From: a virus
Taxonomy: Duplodnaviria > Caudoviricetes
Virus record (IMG/VR): IMGVR_UViG_3300037851_001501
Coordinates: 1 to 46,389 of that record
DNA length: 46,389 bases
Direction: 5' to 3' (one strand)
Position 1 is the first letter of the stretch, and each line of letters opens with the position of its first letter. Shown here piece by piece: positions 17,079 to 25,464 of this stretch. A model generated the notes under the pieces. It searched no databases, had not been told where the DNA came from, and saw nothing but the letters and a program-made list of their open reading frames with translations. A program made the translations under genes and the position numbers.

Positions 17079-17885
17079 ATGAAGATGTCTAAAATCTCGT
17101 GGACAGACCACACGTTCAACCCGTGGATGGGGTGCAGTAAGGTGAGCGCGGGTTGTAAGAATTGCTATGCCGAGGCGATGATGGATACTTACTACGGTCG
17201 GGTGAAGTGGGGGCCGAAAGGGACGCGGGTACGCACGTCCAAAGCATACTGGAAAGAGCCGAAAAAGTGGAACAGTGAAATGTGGGTACAGTGTGATGAT
17301 TGTAGGTGGCGTGGCGAGGAACACGATCTGCTGGATAATACTTGCCCCAAGTGTGGTGGTGATTACTCGTATACCCGCCAGCGGGTGTTTTGCGCCTCGC
17401 TCTCTGACGTGTTTGAGATCTCGCCATTTGTGCCAGGGGAATGGAGCATAGAATTATGGGATTTGATCGAGCAGACACCTAATCTGGACTGGTTGCTGCT
17501 TACCAAGAGGCCGGAAAACATCAGCACTGTGCCTGATTGTCAGCACATAATGCTTGGCATCAGCGCAGAAGACCAGGGTAATCTTAATCGACGCTGGGAC
17601 GCGCTGAATGTCCCACGGCTGCGGAAATTTCGCAAGTTCCTTTCCGCCGAGCCTCTGCTTGGGCCTCTCGATCTGAGCCGGGCAAATGCACTTAACGTTG
17701 ATTGGGTGATCGTGGGGGGCGAGAGCGGCCCCGCCGCCCGCCCGATGATCCTGGACTGGGCGCGGGATATTCGCGCCCAGTGCGCAAGGTTCGACATACC
17801 ATTCTTTTTCAAACAAGTAGGCGGGCGCGGGCGCGACAAGGGCGGCGACCTGCTGGACGGGCGGACGTGGAAGGAGTTCCCGTGA
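17079..17885 (+). CDS. DUF5131 (Gp37/Gp68) family protein, radical-SAM-like CxxxxxxCxxC
   Basis: ISWTDHTFNPWMGCSKVSAGCKNCYA, LLLTKRP, SAEPLLG, WVIVGGESG, FFFKQ; extra CDDC...CPKC insert. Confidence 0.9.
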   Translation: MKMSKISWTDHTFNPWMGCSKVSAGCKNCYAEAMMDTYYGRVKWGPKGTRVRTSKAYWKEPKKWNSEMWVQCDDCRWRGEEHDLLDNTCPKCGGDYSYTRQRVFCASLSDVFEISPFVPGEWSIELWDLIEQTPNLDWLLLTKRPENISTVPDCQHIMLGISAEDQGNLNRRWDALNVPRLRKFRKFLSAEPLLGPLDLSRANALNVDWVIVGGESGPAARPMILDWARDIRAQCARFDIPFFFKQVGGRGRDKGGDLLDGRTWKEFP

Positions 17886-18064
17886 TGAATTACTATCTTT
17901 ATACACAAATCCCCGGCGCGGGAAAGGGCTGGACGCTGGGAGGGCGGGGAGGAGGGCTGCTCTCATTCGCCGGCGGATACGCCGCTGCGGCGTGGGACGG
18001 CGACGAGGATGGAGACGGTATCGGGTGCGAGAGCTGATAAGCCTTGTTATCGCGGCTAAGGAGA

Positions 18065-18092
18065 TTGACATTGGGTGGTAGGGTTGTATAAT
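18065..18092 (+). promoter_or_regulatory. Consensus sigma70-type promoter
   Basis: TTGACA-N16-TATAAT. Confidence 0.75.
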
Positions 18093-18097
18093 GGGAT

Positions 18098-18252
18098 CAA
18101 CGGTGCAGTTCGGAAAGCCCACCCTACTCCCCGGCTGCACCGCCCGCCGCTGTCCCCCCCACGGCGGCGGGGTCCCCCGCAATTCTATTAAATGCGAGCG
18201 ATGGGATGCTCCCAGGGCCGGTACCCGTCCTGGGAGCGCCCGTTTAATGGGA
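18098..18252 (+). ncRNA. Candidate structured ncRNA/leader
   Basis: Three GC-rich stems directly after a consensus promoter and before a second promoter; no convincing ORF. Confidence 0.45.
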
Positions 18253-18271
18253 TAGGAGAGGAGAGGGGGAA

Positions 18272-18301
18272 TTGACATTTTGGAAGAGTGGATGCTACTA
18301 T
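18272..18301 (+). promoter_or_regulatory. Promoter for lysis/late genes
   Basis: TTGACA-N18-TACTAT with TGn extended -10. Confidence 0.55.
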
Positions 18302-18330
18302 GAGGGGGAGGTATCCGAAAGGAGGTTCAG

Positions 18331-18768
18331 ATGGAAAGTGTAAAAAGTGTGTTTATGGTGCTATTGTCGCTGTGCCTGGCGCTGTGGATCGGCGTGGGCG
18401 CGGCTGCTGCGGGCGCTCCTGGGGAGATTATGCCCGCGGCGCAGGCGCAGACTCCAACGATGGAGGCAGTAGCACAGGCGCTGTTGATCGCTGGCTTCAT
18501 GGCGACGGTGGCGAACCGCCTGGTGACTGGTCTGGTGACGCCGTTGTTCGATAAGATGAAGCTGGATCATTTTTATCTCATCTATGTGGCGTGGGCCATC
18601 GGAGGTATCCTGGTATGGGTGACGCACGTGAATATATTCGAGGGCATGGCACCCGACCCGCTGACAGGACAGATCTTGACGGCGATTGTGGCGGGAGGGG
18701 GGGCCAATATGCTGCATGATCTTTTCAACAACCGCGCCGGCCCGGCCAAGGCAAATAGCACGAGCTGA
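18331..18768 (+). CDS. Holin-like membrane protein
   Basis: Several TM helices; ILTAIVAGGGANMLHDL; upstream of endolysin; AAGGAGG RBS. Confidence 0.7.
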   Translation: MESVKSVFMVLLSLCLALWIGVGAAAAGAPGEIMPAAQAQTPTMEAVAQALLIAGFMATVANRLVTGLVTPLFDKMKLDHFYLIYVAWAIGGILVWVTHVNIFEGMAPDPLTGQILTAIVAGGGANMLHDLFNNRAGPAKANSTS

Positions 18769-18770
18769 CG

Positions 18771-19148
18771 ATGGCTGAGCCGTCGCTATTTGCGATGCTG
18801 CAGGATTACGGCTGGGTTGGGCTAGCGTTGTATGTCGTCTTGGAGAAGGTGTGGCCGTCTTTCTGGGCGTGGGTGCTTCCCGAGCGCAAGCGAATGCTGG
18901 ACAGCAAGGCGAAGCTGGAGGAACTGGAGCGCGAGCGTATACGGACGCTGGAGGAGCGGCAAGTAGCGGCGTTCGAGAAGGTGGCGGAGGCTGTGCGGAA
19001 TCTGGTTAGCTCGATGGTGCAGGTGAACGAGAAGTTAGGTCATATCGAAAGCGCGTTTGCGGTGCATCATCAGGCGACCAGCGATGCGATTGCGGATATG
19101 CGGACGGCGCGTGCGGTCCGCGGCGGCAGGCAGGCAAAAGCTCAGTAA
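18771..19148 (+). CDS. Lysis-cassette membrane/coiled-coil protein
   Basis: N-terminal TM helix plus coiled coil; position in the lysis cassette. Confidence 0.6.
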   Translation: MAEPSLFAMLQDYGWVGLALYVVLEKVWPSFWAWVLPERKRMLDSKAKLEELERERIRTLEERQVAAFEKVAEAVRNLVSSMVQVNEKLGHIESAFAVHHQATSDAIADMRTARAVRGGRQAKAQ

Positions 19149-19157
19149 GGAGGCGCG

Positions 19158-20291
19158 ATGTTAGGAGGAGCCGGTTATTGGCTGTGGCAGTGTAAGAACT
19201 GCGAGGGTGGGGATGCGCAGCGGATCGCGGCGACGGCGCGGGCGGCAGGGCTGGGCCATGCGCTGGTAAAGATCGCGGACGGCAGCGCGAATTACAACGT
19301 GTCGGTGAATTTGAAGGCGATCATCCAGGCGTTGCAAGGGGAGGGGCTGCGGGTGTATGGGTGGCATTATATCTATGGGGATGATCCGACGGCGGAGGCC
19401 AACCGGGCGATCCGGAATATCTATGAGCTGGGGGTGGACGGCTACGTGGTGGACGCGGAGGCGGAGTTCAAGAAGGCGGGAAAGGCGCAGGCGGCGCGGG
19501 CATTCATGCAGCATCTGAGGGCGAGTTTCCCGGATCTGGATGTGGGCCTGAGTAGCTATCGTTTTCCGGAGATGCATCCCGAATTTCCGTGGACGGCCTT
19601 CCGCGAGTATGCGAGCTTCGATCTGCCGCAGGTGTACTGGATGGGCAGCCACAACCCGGGGGCGCAGTTGGCGCAGAGCATGGAGCAGTTTTCGCGGCTG
19701 ACGCCGCGGCTGCCATACATTCCGGCGGGCTCGGCGTTTAGGGCGATCAACTGGGCGCCGACGGCGGATGATTTGGTCGAGTTTATGACTGCGGCGCAGG
19801 CAGCCGGCCTGCCGGCGGTCAATTTCTGGGAGTGGGCGGAGACGCGCAACCATCTGCCGGCGCTGTGGGATGTGGTTGCGGGGTTCGGGTATCCGAACGC
19901 GGAGACGCCGCCTCCCGATCCAGAACCAGAACCGGAGGAAGGCGAAATGAGCGATGTGATTGCGCAGATTCAAGCGATTAAGGATGTGTTTCCTGACGCG
20001 GTGGTGAGCATCACGGTCAACCTGGGCGGGGGAAGCACGCCGGGCGACGACCCGGGCGGCGAGCCCGGCGATGCGCCGGCGGTGAAGTACCGCGTGGACA
20101 CGACGGGGAAGGGCAACAATCGGGTGAAGGTGCGCCCTACCCCGGGCGCGGAGGCGCACGATTACGTGTATCAAGAGGAAATTGTGGGCGGGCCGGGGCG
20201 GGAGTTGAACGGGCACTACTACATCGAGTGGCGCGAGGGCGATCCGGTCATCCCGGGCTACGTGGAGAAGCAGTACCTGGCTCGGATTTAA
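19158..20291 (+). CDS. Endolysin (GH25-like TIM barrel with putative SH3-like cell-wall-binding tail)
   Basis: VKIADG, YGWHYIYG, VVDAEAE, PQVYW; Pro/Glu linker. Confidence 0.75.
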   Translation: MLGGAGYWLWQCKNCEGGDAQRIAATARAAGLGHALVKIADGSANYNVSVNLKAIIQALQGEGLRVYGWHYIYGDDPTAEANRAIRNIYELGVDGYVVDAEAEFKKAGKAQAARAFMQHLRASFPDLDVGLSSYRFPEMHPEFPWTAFREYASFDLPQVYWMGSHNPGAQLAQSMEQFSRLTPRLPYIPAGSAFRAINWAPTADDLVEFMTAAQAAGLPAVNFWEWAETRNHLPALWDVVAGFGYPNAETPPPDPEPEPEEGEMSDVIAQIQAIKDVFPDAVVSITVNLGGGSTPGDDPGGEPGDAPAVKYRVDTTGKGNNRVKVRPTPGAEAHDYVYQEEIVGGPGRELNGHYYIEWREGDPVIPGYVEKQYLARI

Positions 20292-20316
20292 TGCGCATAG
20301 ACGCAAAGCGAGAGAG

Positions 20317-20356
20317 GCGCGGCGCGGTAGGGTCATCCATGCCGCCCGCGCTTTTT
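20317..20356 (+). terminator. Putative intrinsic terminator
   Basis: GC-rich stem GCGCGG...CCGCGC followed by TTTTT, after the endolysin. Confidence 0.55.
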
Positions 20357-20390
20357 GGCTTTGAAAGGATGTGTTCCGAAAGTTCCGCTT

Positions 20391-20990
20391 ATGGATGATG
20401 TGATCGAAGAAGATGACGCGGGGGCTTTCCCTGCTCCAGCAAATGCGCCAGGTCAGGCGCAAAGCCGACGCGCCTACAGTAAGCTACTGGAAGAGAAGCG
20501 GGATGAGTGCCCGTGGTGGAGCGCGTATCTTGATCTTCGATCCGAGGGGTGGGATTGGCGGAAGGCGGCTTTTATTGCATGGTCGGCGCTGCCGGCGGAG
20601 AAGCGCTGGCCGAAAACTCAGCAGGAGCTGGCGCGGGATGTGCTGGGGCTGCATTCGGATAGGACGCTGCGGAAATGGCAGCAGAAGAATCCGAGGGTGG
20701 CAGAGCGGATCGAGACGGCGCTGCTGGCTCCGCTGCGGGAGCGGCTGCCGAATGTGATTGCGGCATGGGTAGCGGTGGCGGAGATGCGCGATCCATCGGC
20801 GCACAAGGATCGCATTACGCTGCTGCAAACGATGAAGGTGTATAAGCCGCCGGCGAAGAGTGTGGAGTTGACAGGGAAGGACGGGGCGGCGGTGGCGGTG
20901 GACTTCGATGCGGAGTACCGCAAGGATATGGCCGACCTGATGAAGCGGATGAATGCAGAGCAGGCTCCAGCGCCAGAAGACGATGAATGA
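20391..20990 (+). CDS. terS: Terminase small subunit
   Basis: HTH (QQELARDVLG..SDRTLRKW), VELTGKDG motif; overlaps terL. Confidence 0.75.
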   Translation: MDDVIEEDDAGAFPAPANAPGQAQSRRAYSKLLEEKRDECPWWSAYLDLRSEGWDWRKAAFIAWSALPAEKRWPKTQQELARDVLGLHSDRTLRKWQQKNPRVAERIETALLAPLRERLPNVIAAWVAVAEMRDPSAHKDRITLLQTMKVYKPPAKSVELTGKDGAAVAVDFDAEYRKDMADLMKRMNAEQAPAPEDDE

Positions 20991-22467
20991 GCTGCCCGCG
21001 AAGCGGCTATGGTTCTTGACGAAATATCTGGACTTGAAAGATGCCACCGGGGATCCGGAGGCACGCTGGCAAGTTTTCCAGGTAGCGCACCTTAACAATC
21101 AGGAGCAATTTTCGATTGAGTTGAAGAGCCGCCAGGTGGGCTGGAGTTGGACGACAGCCGCCGGGGCGGTAGCGGATGCGAGTTTAGAGAAGCGCAGCAC
21201 GTATCTATTTGTCTCGATCAACCTGGACGAGGCGAAGGAGAAAATCCGCTACGCCCGTCAGGTCATCGAAGGGCTTCGGAAAGAGGTACGTCCGAAGCTG
21301 TTGACAGATAATGCTACCGAGCTGGAGTTCGATAACGGCAGCCGCTTAATCAGCCATCCATGCCGGCCAATACGGGGTAAGGCAAAGGCGGTGGTGTATC
21401 TGGATGAATTTGCGCATTATCCGAAGGATCGGGAGATATACGCGTCTGCGGTGCCGGTGACAACGCGAGGGGGGCGGTTGCTGATTGGGAGCAGCCCGCT
21501 GGGGGCATCAGGGCAGTTCTGGGAGATTTTCGAGGAGAAGATCCAGCCGTATCCAGGATACCGCCGGGAGATGATCCCATGGTGGTTGATTCCGGGGCTA
21601 TGCCGGGATGTGGACGAGGCGCGAAAGTTGGCGCCGATGATGATGACCGAGGAGCGGGTGCGGGTCTTCGGTCTGCCGCGTTTGGTGCAGATCTTCGAGA
21701 ATATGCCGCTGGACGACTTCCGGCAAGAATACGAGTGCGCCTGGGTGGATGAGGCGGTGGCGTGGATTTCGTGGGATGAGATCAAGCGCAACCAGGTGGA
21801 GGCGCAGGGCGGGCAGCATTGGTTTCGTAAGGCGAAGACGGTGGACGATGCGATGCTGGCAATCGAGGAGACGGCGCTGGCGATTAAGGAGGGTAAGGTG
21901 GAGGCGGCGCTGGCGGGTGGGATGGATGTGGGGCGGAAACGCAATTTGAGCGAGTTGGGGTTTGTGGGTAAGGGGGCGACGGAGGAACGTCCGCTGCGGC
22001 TGATGATTAGCCTGGCGAATACGGAATTCGACGATCAAAAGGCGGTGGTCCTGAAGGCACTGGAGACCCTGCCGGTGATTAAGTTGTTGATTGACCGTAA
22101 CGGCCTGGGGATGCAGTTGGCGGAGGATGTGTCGAGGGCGTCGGGGAAGGCGGAAGGGGTAGATTTTACGAATGCGGCTAAGGAATTATGGGCGGTTGAG
22201 TTGAAGGTAAAGATGCAGCGGGGGAAGGCGCCGATTCCGTTGGATCGTGATCTGAGTTATCAGGTGCATAGCATCAAGAAGAAGTACACGGCGGCGAAGA
22301 ACGCGGTGTTCGATATAAAGGCGAACGAGGCGCACCATGCGGACAAATTCTGGATGCTGGCTCTGGCAATGTGGGCTTCAGGCCAGACGGCGGGGGCATC
22401 TGCGGCGGTGGTGGATGCGGTGGAGAGCGAGGGGCGACGAGAGCGGAAGCGGAGCGCGTGGAGGTAG
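20983..22467 (+). CDS. terL: Terminase large subunit (Mu gp28/Terminase_6-like)
   Basis: KSRQVGWS, VYLDEFA, SSPLG; nuclease motifs GMDVGR, IDRNGLG, HADKFW. Confidence 0.92.
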   Translation: MNELPAKRLWFLTKYLDLKDATGDPEARWQVFQVAHLNNQEQFSIELKSRQVGWSWTTAAGAVADASLEKRSTYLFVSINLDEAKEKIRYARQVIEGLRKEVRPKLLTDNATELEFDNGSRLISHPCRPIRGKAKAVVYLDEFAHYPKDREIYASAVPVTTRGGRLLIGSSPLGASGQFWEIFEEKIQPYPGYRREMIPWWLIPGLCRDVDEARKLAPMMMTEERVRVFGLPRLVQIFENMPLDDFRQEYECAWVDEAVAWISWDEIKRNQVEAQGGQHWFRKAKTVDDAMLAIEETALAIKEGKVEAALAGGMDVGRKRNLSELGFVGKGATEERPLRLMISLANTEFDDQKAVVLKALETLPVIKLLIDRNGLGMQLAEDVSRASGKAEGVDFTNAAKELWAVELKVKMQRGKAPIPLDRDLSYQVHSIKKKYTAAKNAVFDIKANEAHHADKFWMLALAMWASGQTAGASAAVVDAVESEGRRERKRSAWR

Positions 22468-22546
22468 GTCTCCCCTACCCTACCCGTTTATCGCCGCTAA
22501 TATTCCTTAGCGGAGCTATTTTGAAGGCGAAAGCGAGAGGTGAGAG

Positions 22547-24304
22547 ATGAAGAAGTTGAGCGCAAGGGAACGATTTATGACCTGGTTGGGCGGGGCGACT
22601 AGGGCGGAGGTGGATATGCTGCGCAAGAGGGCGTTCGAGGCGGGCATGGAGGCGGCCACGGATGGGAACGATGAGAAGGAGCCGTTGTATCTAGGCGGGC
22701 AAGCTATTGGGCGGGGCTACCGGCAGGCTGGCGCAGGGCCGCGGGATCTGTCGAATTGGAGCCAGGAGCGGGCTATCGAGGCGGCGTACCGGCTATGGAA
22801 TACTAATCCGCTGGCGGGGGCGTTGACGGAGATCGTGGTGGATTATGTGGTTGGGGATGGGGTGAAGGTAATCGCGGAGAACGAGCTGGTGCAGGAGACG
22901 TTGGATCGTTTTTTGCAAGACCCGGTCAACGATTTAATGGGGCCGGATGGGGCGACAGGGGCGGGGCTGGATGCGCTGGTGCGTGAGTTGGGGTTGTTCG
23001 GGGAGCTGCTGGTTTTGGCGTTCGTGCGAGACGGGGCGGATATGGGGATCGCCGGAGATGGAAGGCTGCGGATTGGGACGGTGGACCCGGCGCAGATCCA
23101 GTCGCTGATTACGGATGCGCAAAATCAGCGGGATGTATTGGCGGTGCGGCTGAAGGATAAGAGCGGCGGGACGACGGGACCGGTGTATAAGATCATCAAG
23201 GCAGTGGATGCGAGGGGGGCGCTGGAGGGGCAACGCGACCTGAGGAGTTATCGTGAGGCTGTATCCCGGGGAACGCGGGTGGATAGAAAATATGGGATTC
23301 GTTTTGTGGAAGGGAAGGAATGGATCGTCAGTGAGACGGAGAGCCGCGAGCTGGCGATGCGGGAGGCGGAAGAGGGCGGTAAGCGCCAGTTCGCTACGGA
23401 CGGGGAGTGTTTCTTCTTCCAGGTGAATAAGATTTCGACGGGTGTGCGCGGGCGCCCGGATATGCTGCGGATGATTGATTGGCTGGACCGATTCGACCAG
23501 CTCTTCTTCGATGGGGCAGAGCATGTGGCGCTGCTGAACCTGTTCGCGTGGGATTTGAAGATTGACGGCGGGGCGGTGGATGCGCCGGAGGCAGATCGCA
23601 ATCTGAACATCCAGGCGAAGAAGGTGGCGGCGTTGAAATCCGGATCGGTGTACGCTCATAACGAGCACGCGTCCCTGACGGCCAGCAATCCTGATTTGAA
23701 GACGCAGGATGTGGAGACAATCGTGCGTCAACTGAGGGTATTGATCGCTGGCGGGAGCAGGTTCCCGGAGCATTGGCTGGGGGAGGGGGGATACACGAAC
23801 CGGGCGACGGCGGCGGAAATGGGACAGCCGACCTTTCGAATGTTGACCCGCCGGCAGGCAGTGGTGCGGATGATGTTGACGCGCTTATGCCAGTACCAGA
23901 TAGACATGGCGGTGGCGCTGGGGAACCTGCCAGAGACAGTGGCGGTTCTCAATGATGACGGCGATCCGAGCGGGAAGGAAACGCCGGCGCGGAAGGCGTT
24001 CCGGGTGGAGATGCCGGACATCAATGTGCAGGATACGGGGCTGGCGGCGCGGGCGTTTGCTACGGTAGCGACGGCTGTGACGCCGCTGGTGGTGGGGCAA
24101 TTGCTGCCGAAGCGGGCGGCGCTGGAACTGTTGGCGGCAGCGGCGGCGCTGCTGGGGGTGGAATTGGACATCGAGAAGGCGCTGGAGCAGGCGGGGGGGA
24201 GCGGGCTGCCGGTGCAGGACATCCTGGCGCTATTGAAGGCGCTGGAGGAGCCGGCGGCGGTCGGAGCGGAGGATGGCGAGGCGGACGATGGCGACGAAGC
24301 GTGA
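22547..24304 (+). CDS. Portal protein
   Basis: Follows terL; NPLA...VDYVVG, FGE, RGRPD, PEHWLG...NRATA. Confidence 0.8.
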   Translation: MKKLSARERFMTWLGGATRAEVDMLRKRAFEAGMEAATDGNDEKEPLYLGGQAIGRGYRQAGAGPRDLSNWSQERAIEAAYRLWNTNPLAGALTEIVVDYVVGDGVKVIAENELVQETLDRFLQDPVNDLMGPDGATGAGLDALVRELGLFGELLVLAFVRDGADMGIAGDGRLRIGTVDPAQIQSLITDAQNQRDVLAVRLKDKSGGTTGPVYKIIKAVDARGALEGQRDLRSYREAVSRGTRVDRKYGIRFVEGKEWIVSETESRELAMREAEEGGKRQFATDGECFFFQVNKISTGVRGRPDMLRMIDWLDRFDQLFFDGAEHVALLNLFAWDLKIDGGAVDAPEADRNLNIQAKKVAALKSGSVYAHNEHASLTASNPDLKTQDVETIVRQLRVLIAGGSRFPEHWLGEGGYTNRATAAEMGQPTFRMLTRRQAVVRMMLTRLCQYQIDMAVALGNLPETVAVLNDDGDPSGKETPARKAFRVEMPDINVQDTGLAARAFATVATAVTPLVVGQLLPKRAALELLAAAAALLGVELDIEKALEQAGGSGLPVQDILALLKALEEPAAVGAEDGEADDGDEA

Positions 24305-25196
24305 GATCAGGGCGTGGCTGCGCCAGGCGCTGAAGGGGGTGGAGGCGACGTGGAATGAGTCGAATCTGGTGCTGGAGAACCTGGCAGTGCTGCATGAGAA
24401 GCTGCTGCGGCTGTTGACGGAGAGCGGGCAGTTCAACTCCTCAGGGATGCAGGCGTTGATGCGCGAGCTAGATTACATTTTATTGCAGCACGCGGGGCAT
24501 ATCGGGGAGCTGGCGCAGGCCGCCCAGCGGCGGGCATGGGCGCGGGGAGTGGAGCAGTTCGATGAGACGATGAGCCTCTTCGAGCTGAGTTACGTGAGGG
24601 GGCTGACGGGGATGGAGAGCGACCTGGCGCGGCAGTTTTTTACGATTGACCGGATTAGCGGGGTGACGGCGGAGATGATGACGGCGATTCGGGCGCAGGT
24701 GCTGGCGGGGGTGTTTTTGGAGAAGACGCCATTCGAGGTGATGGCGGTGATTACGAATGTGATCGGGATTCGAGATTTGCGGGGGTACCGGCAGATTGGG
24801 ACGACGGGGATCAGTGCAAAGGCGGAGCGGATACTGCGGACGGAGTTAATGACGGTGCAGAATGCGGGGGGTTGGCAGCGGAGGCAGGATGCGGTGAAGC
24901 GCTACCCAGACCTGGAGGAGGTATGGATGGCGACTGGGGATGGGCGGACGCGGGACGATCATCTGACGGCGCACGGGCAGCGGAAGCCGGTGAAGGGGTA
25001 TTTCGTGGTGGGTGGGGAGAAGGCGCGCTTTCCTGGGGACCCGTCGTTGAGCGCAGCTCAACGTGTAAACTGCCGCTGTGCGGCTGCCCCTTTCCGGGCG
25101 GAATGGGGCAGTGTGGAGGATATTCTGGAACCGCTGACGAGGGCGATCCAGGCGGAGAAGGGTAAAAGGCAAGCCACGGGCAGTACCGATAAGTGA
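24288..25196 (+). CDS. Minor head morphogenesis protein (Mu gpF/SPP1 gp7-like)
   Basis: AERILRTE, W.ATGDGRTRDDH, FPGDP, NCRC. Confidence 0.88.
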   Translation: MATKREIRAWLRQALKGVEATWNESNLVLENLAVLHEKLLRLLTESGQFNSSGMQALMRELDYILLQHAGHIGELAQAAQRRAWARGVEQFDETMSLFELSYVRGLTGMESDLARQFFTIDRISGVTAEMMTAIRAQVLAGVFLEKTPFEVMAVITNVIGIRDLRGYRQIGTTGISAKAERILRTELMTVQNAGGWQRRQDAVKRYPDLEEVWMATGDGRTRDDHLTAHGQRKPVKGYFVVGGEKARFPGDPSLSAAQRVNCRCAAAPFRAEWGSVEDILEPLTRAIQAEKGKRQATGSTDK

Positions 25197-25200
25197 TCTT

Positions 25201-25455
25201 ATGAGTATCGTTATTGGCAATGGCGGCGAGCGGCGGAGGAGTGCGTGGCGTGAGGCGGGGGGCGATGATGGCCGCGGGGCGAGGAGTGAGGACGAGGCGC
25301 AGCGGGAGGCGGGAACGCGGATGATGGAGGTGAGCCTGCGAGAGGAGCAACTGTTGCTGCGGCTGCGGATGTTGGGAGCAGGGGTGTATGAGGTAGCAGT
25401 GAGGAAGAGCCAACGGGGGATGTGGGGGCTGTTGGAGGGGCGGGTGGTGGAATGA
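25201..25455 (+). CDS. Small hypothetical protein
   Basis: Fills the gap; true start may be internal (MMEVSLREE). Confidence 0.45.
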   Translation: MSIVIGNGGERRRSAWREAGGDDGRGARSEDEAQREAGTRMMEVSLREEQLLLRLRMLGAGVYEVAVRKSQRGMWGLLEGRVVE

Positions 25456-25464
25456 GAGGATGAG

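Noticed and set aside
17886-18037. Short ORF MNYYLYTQ...
   Set aside because: About 50 aa, Gly-rich, no recognisable motif; may be a remnant.
18093-18180. tRNA gene
   Set aside because: No cloverleaf, T-loop GTTCRA context or CCA end; kept only as an ncRNA candidate.
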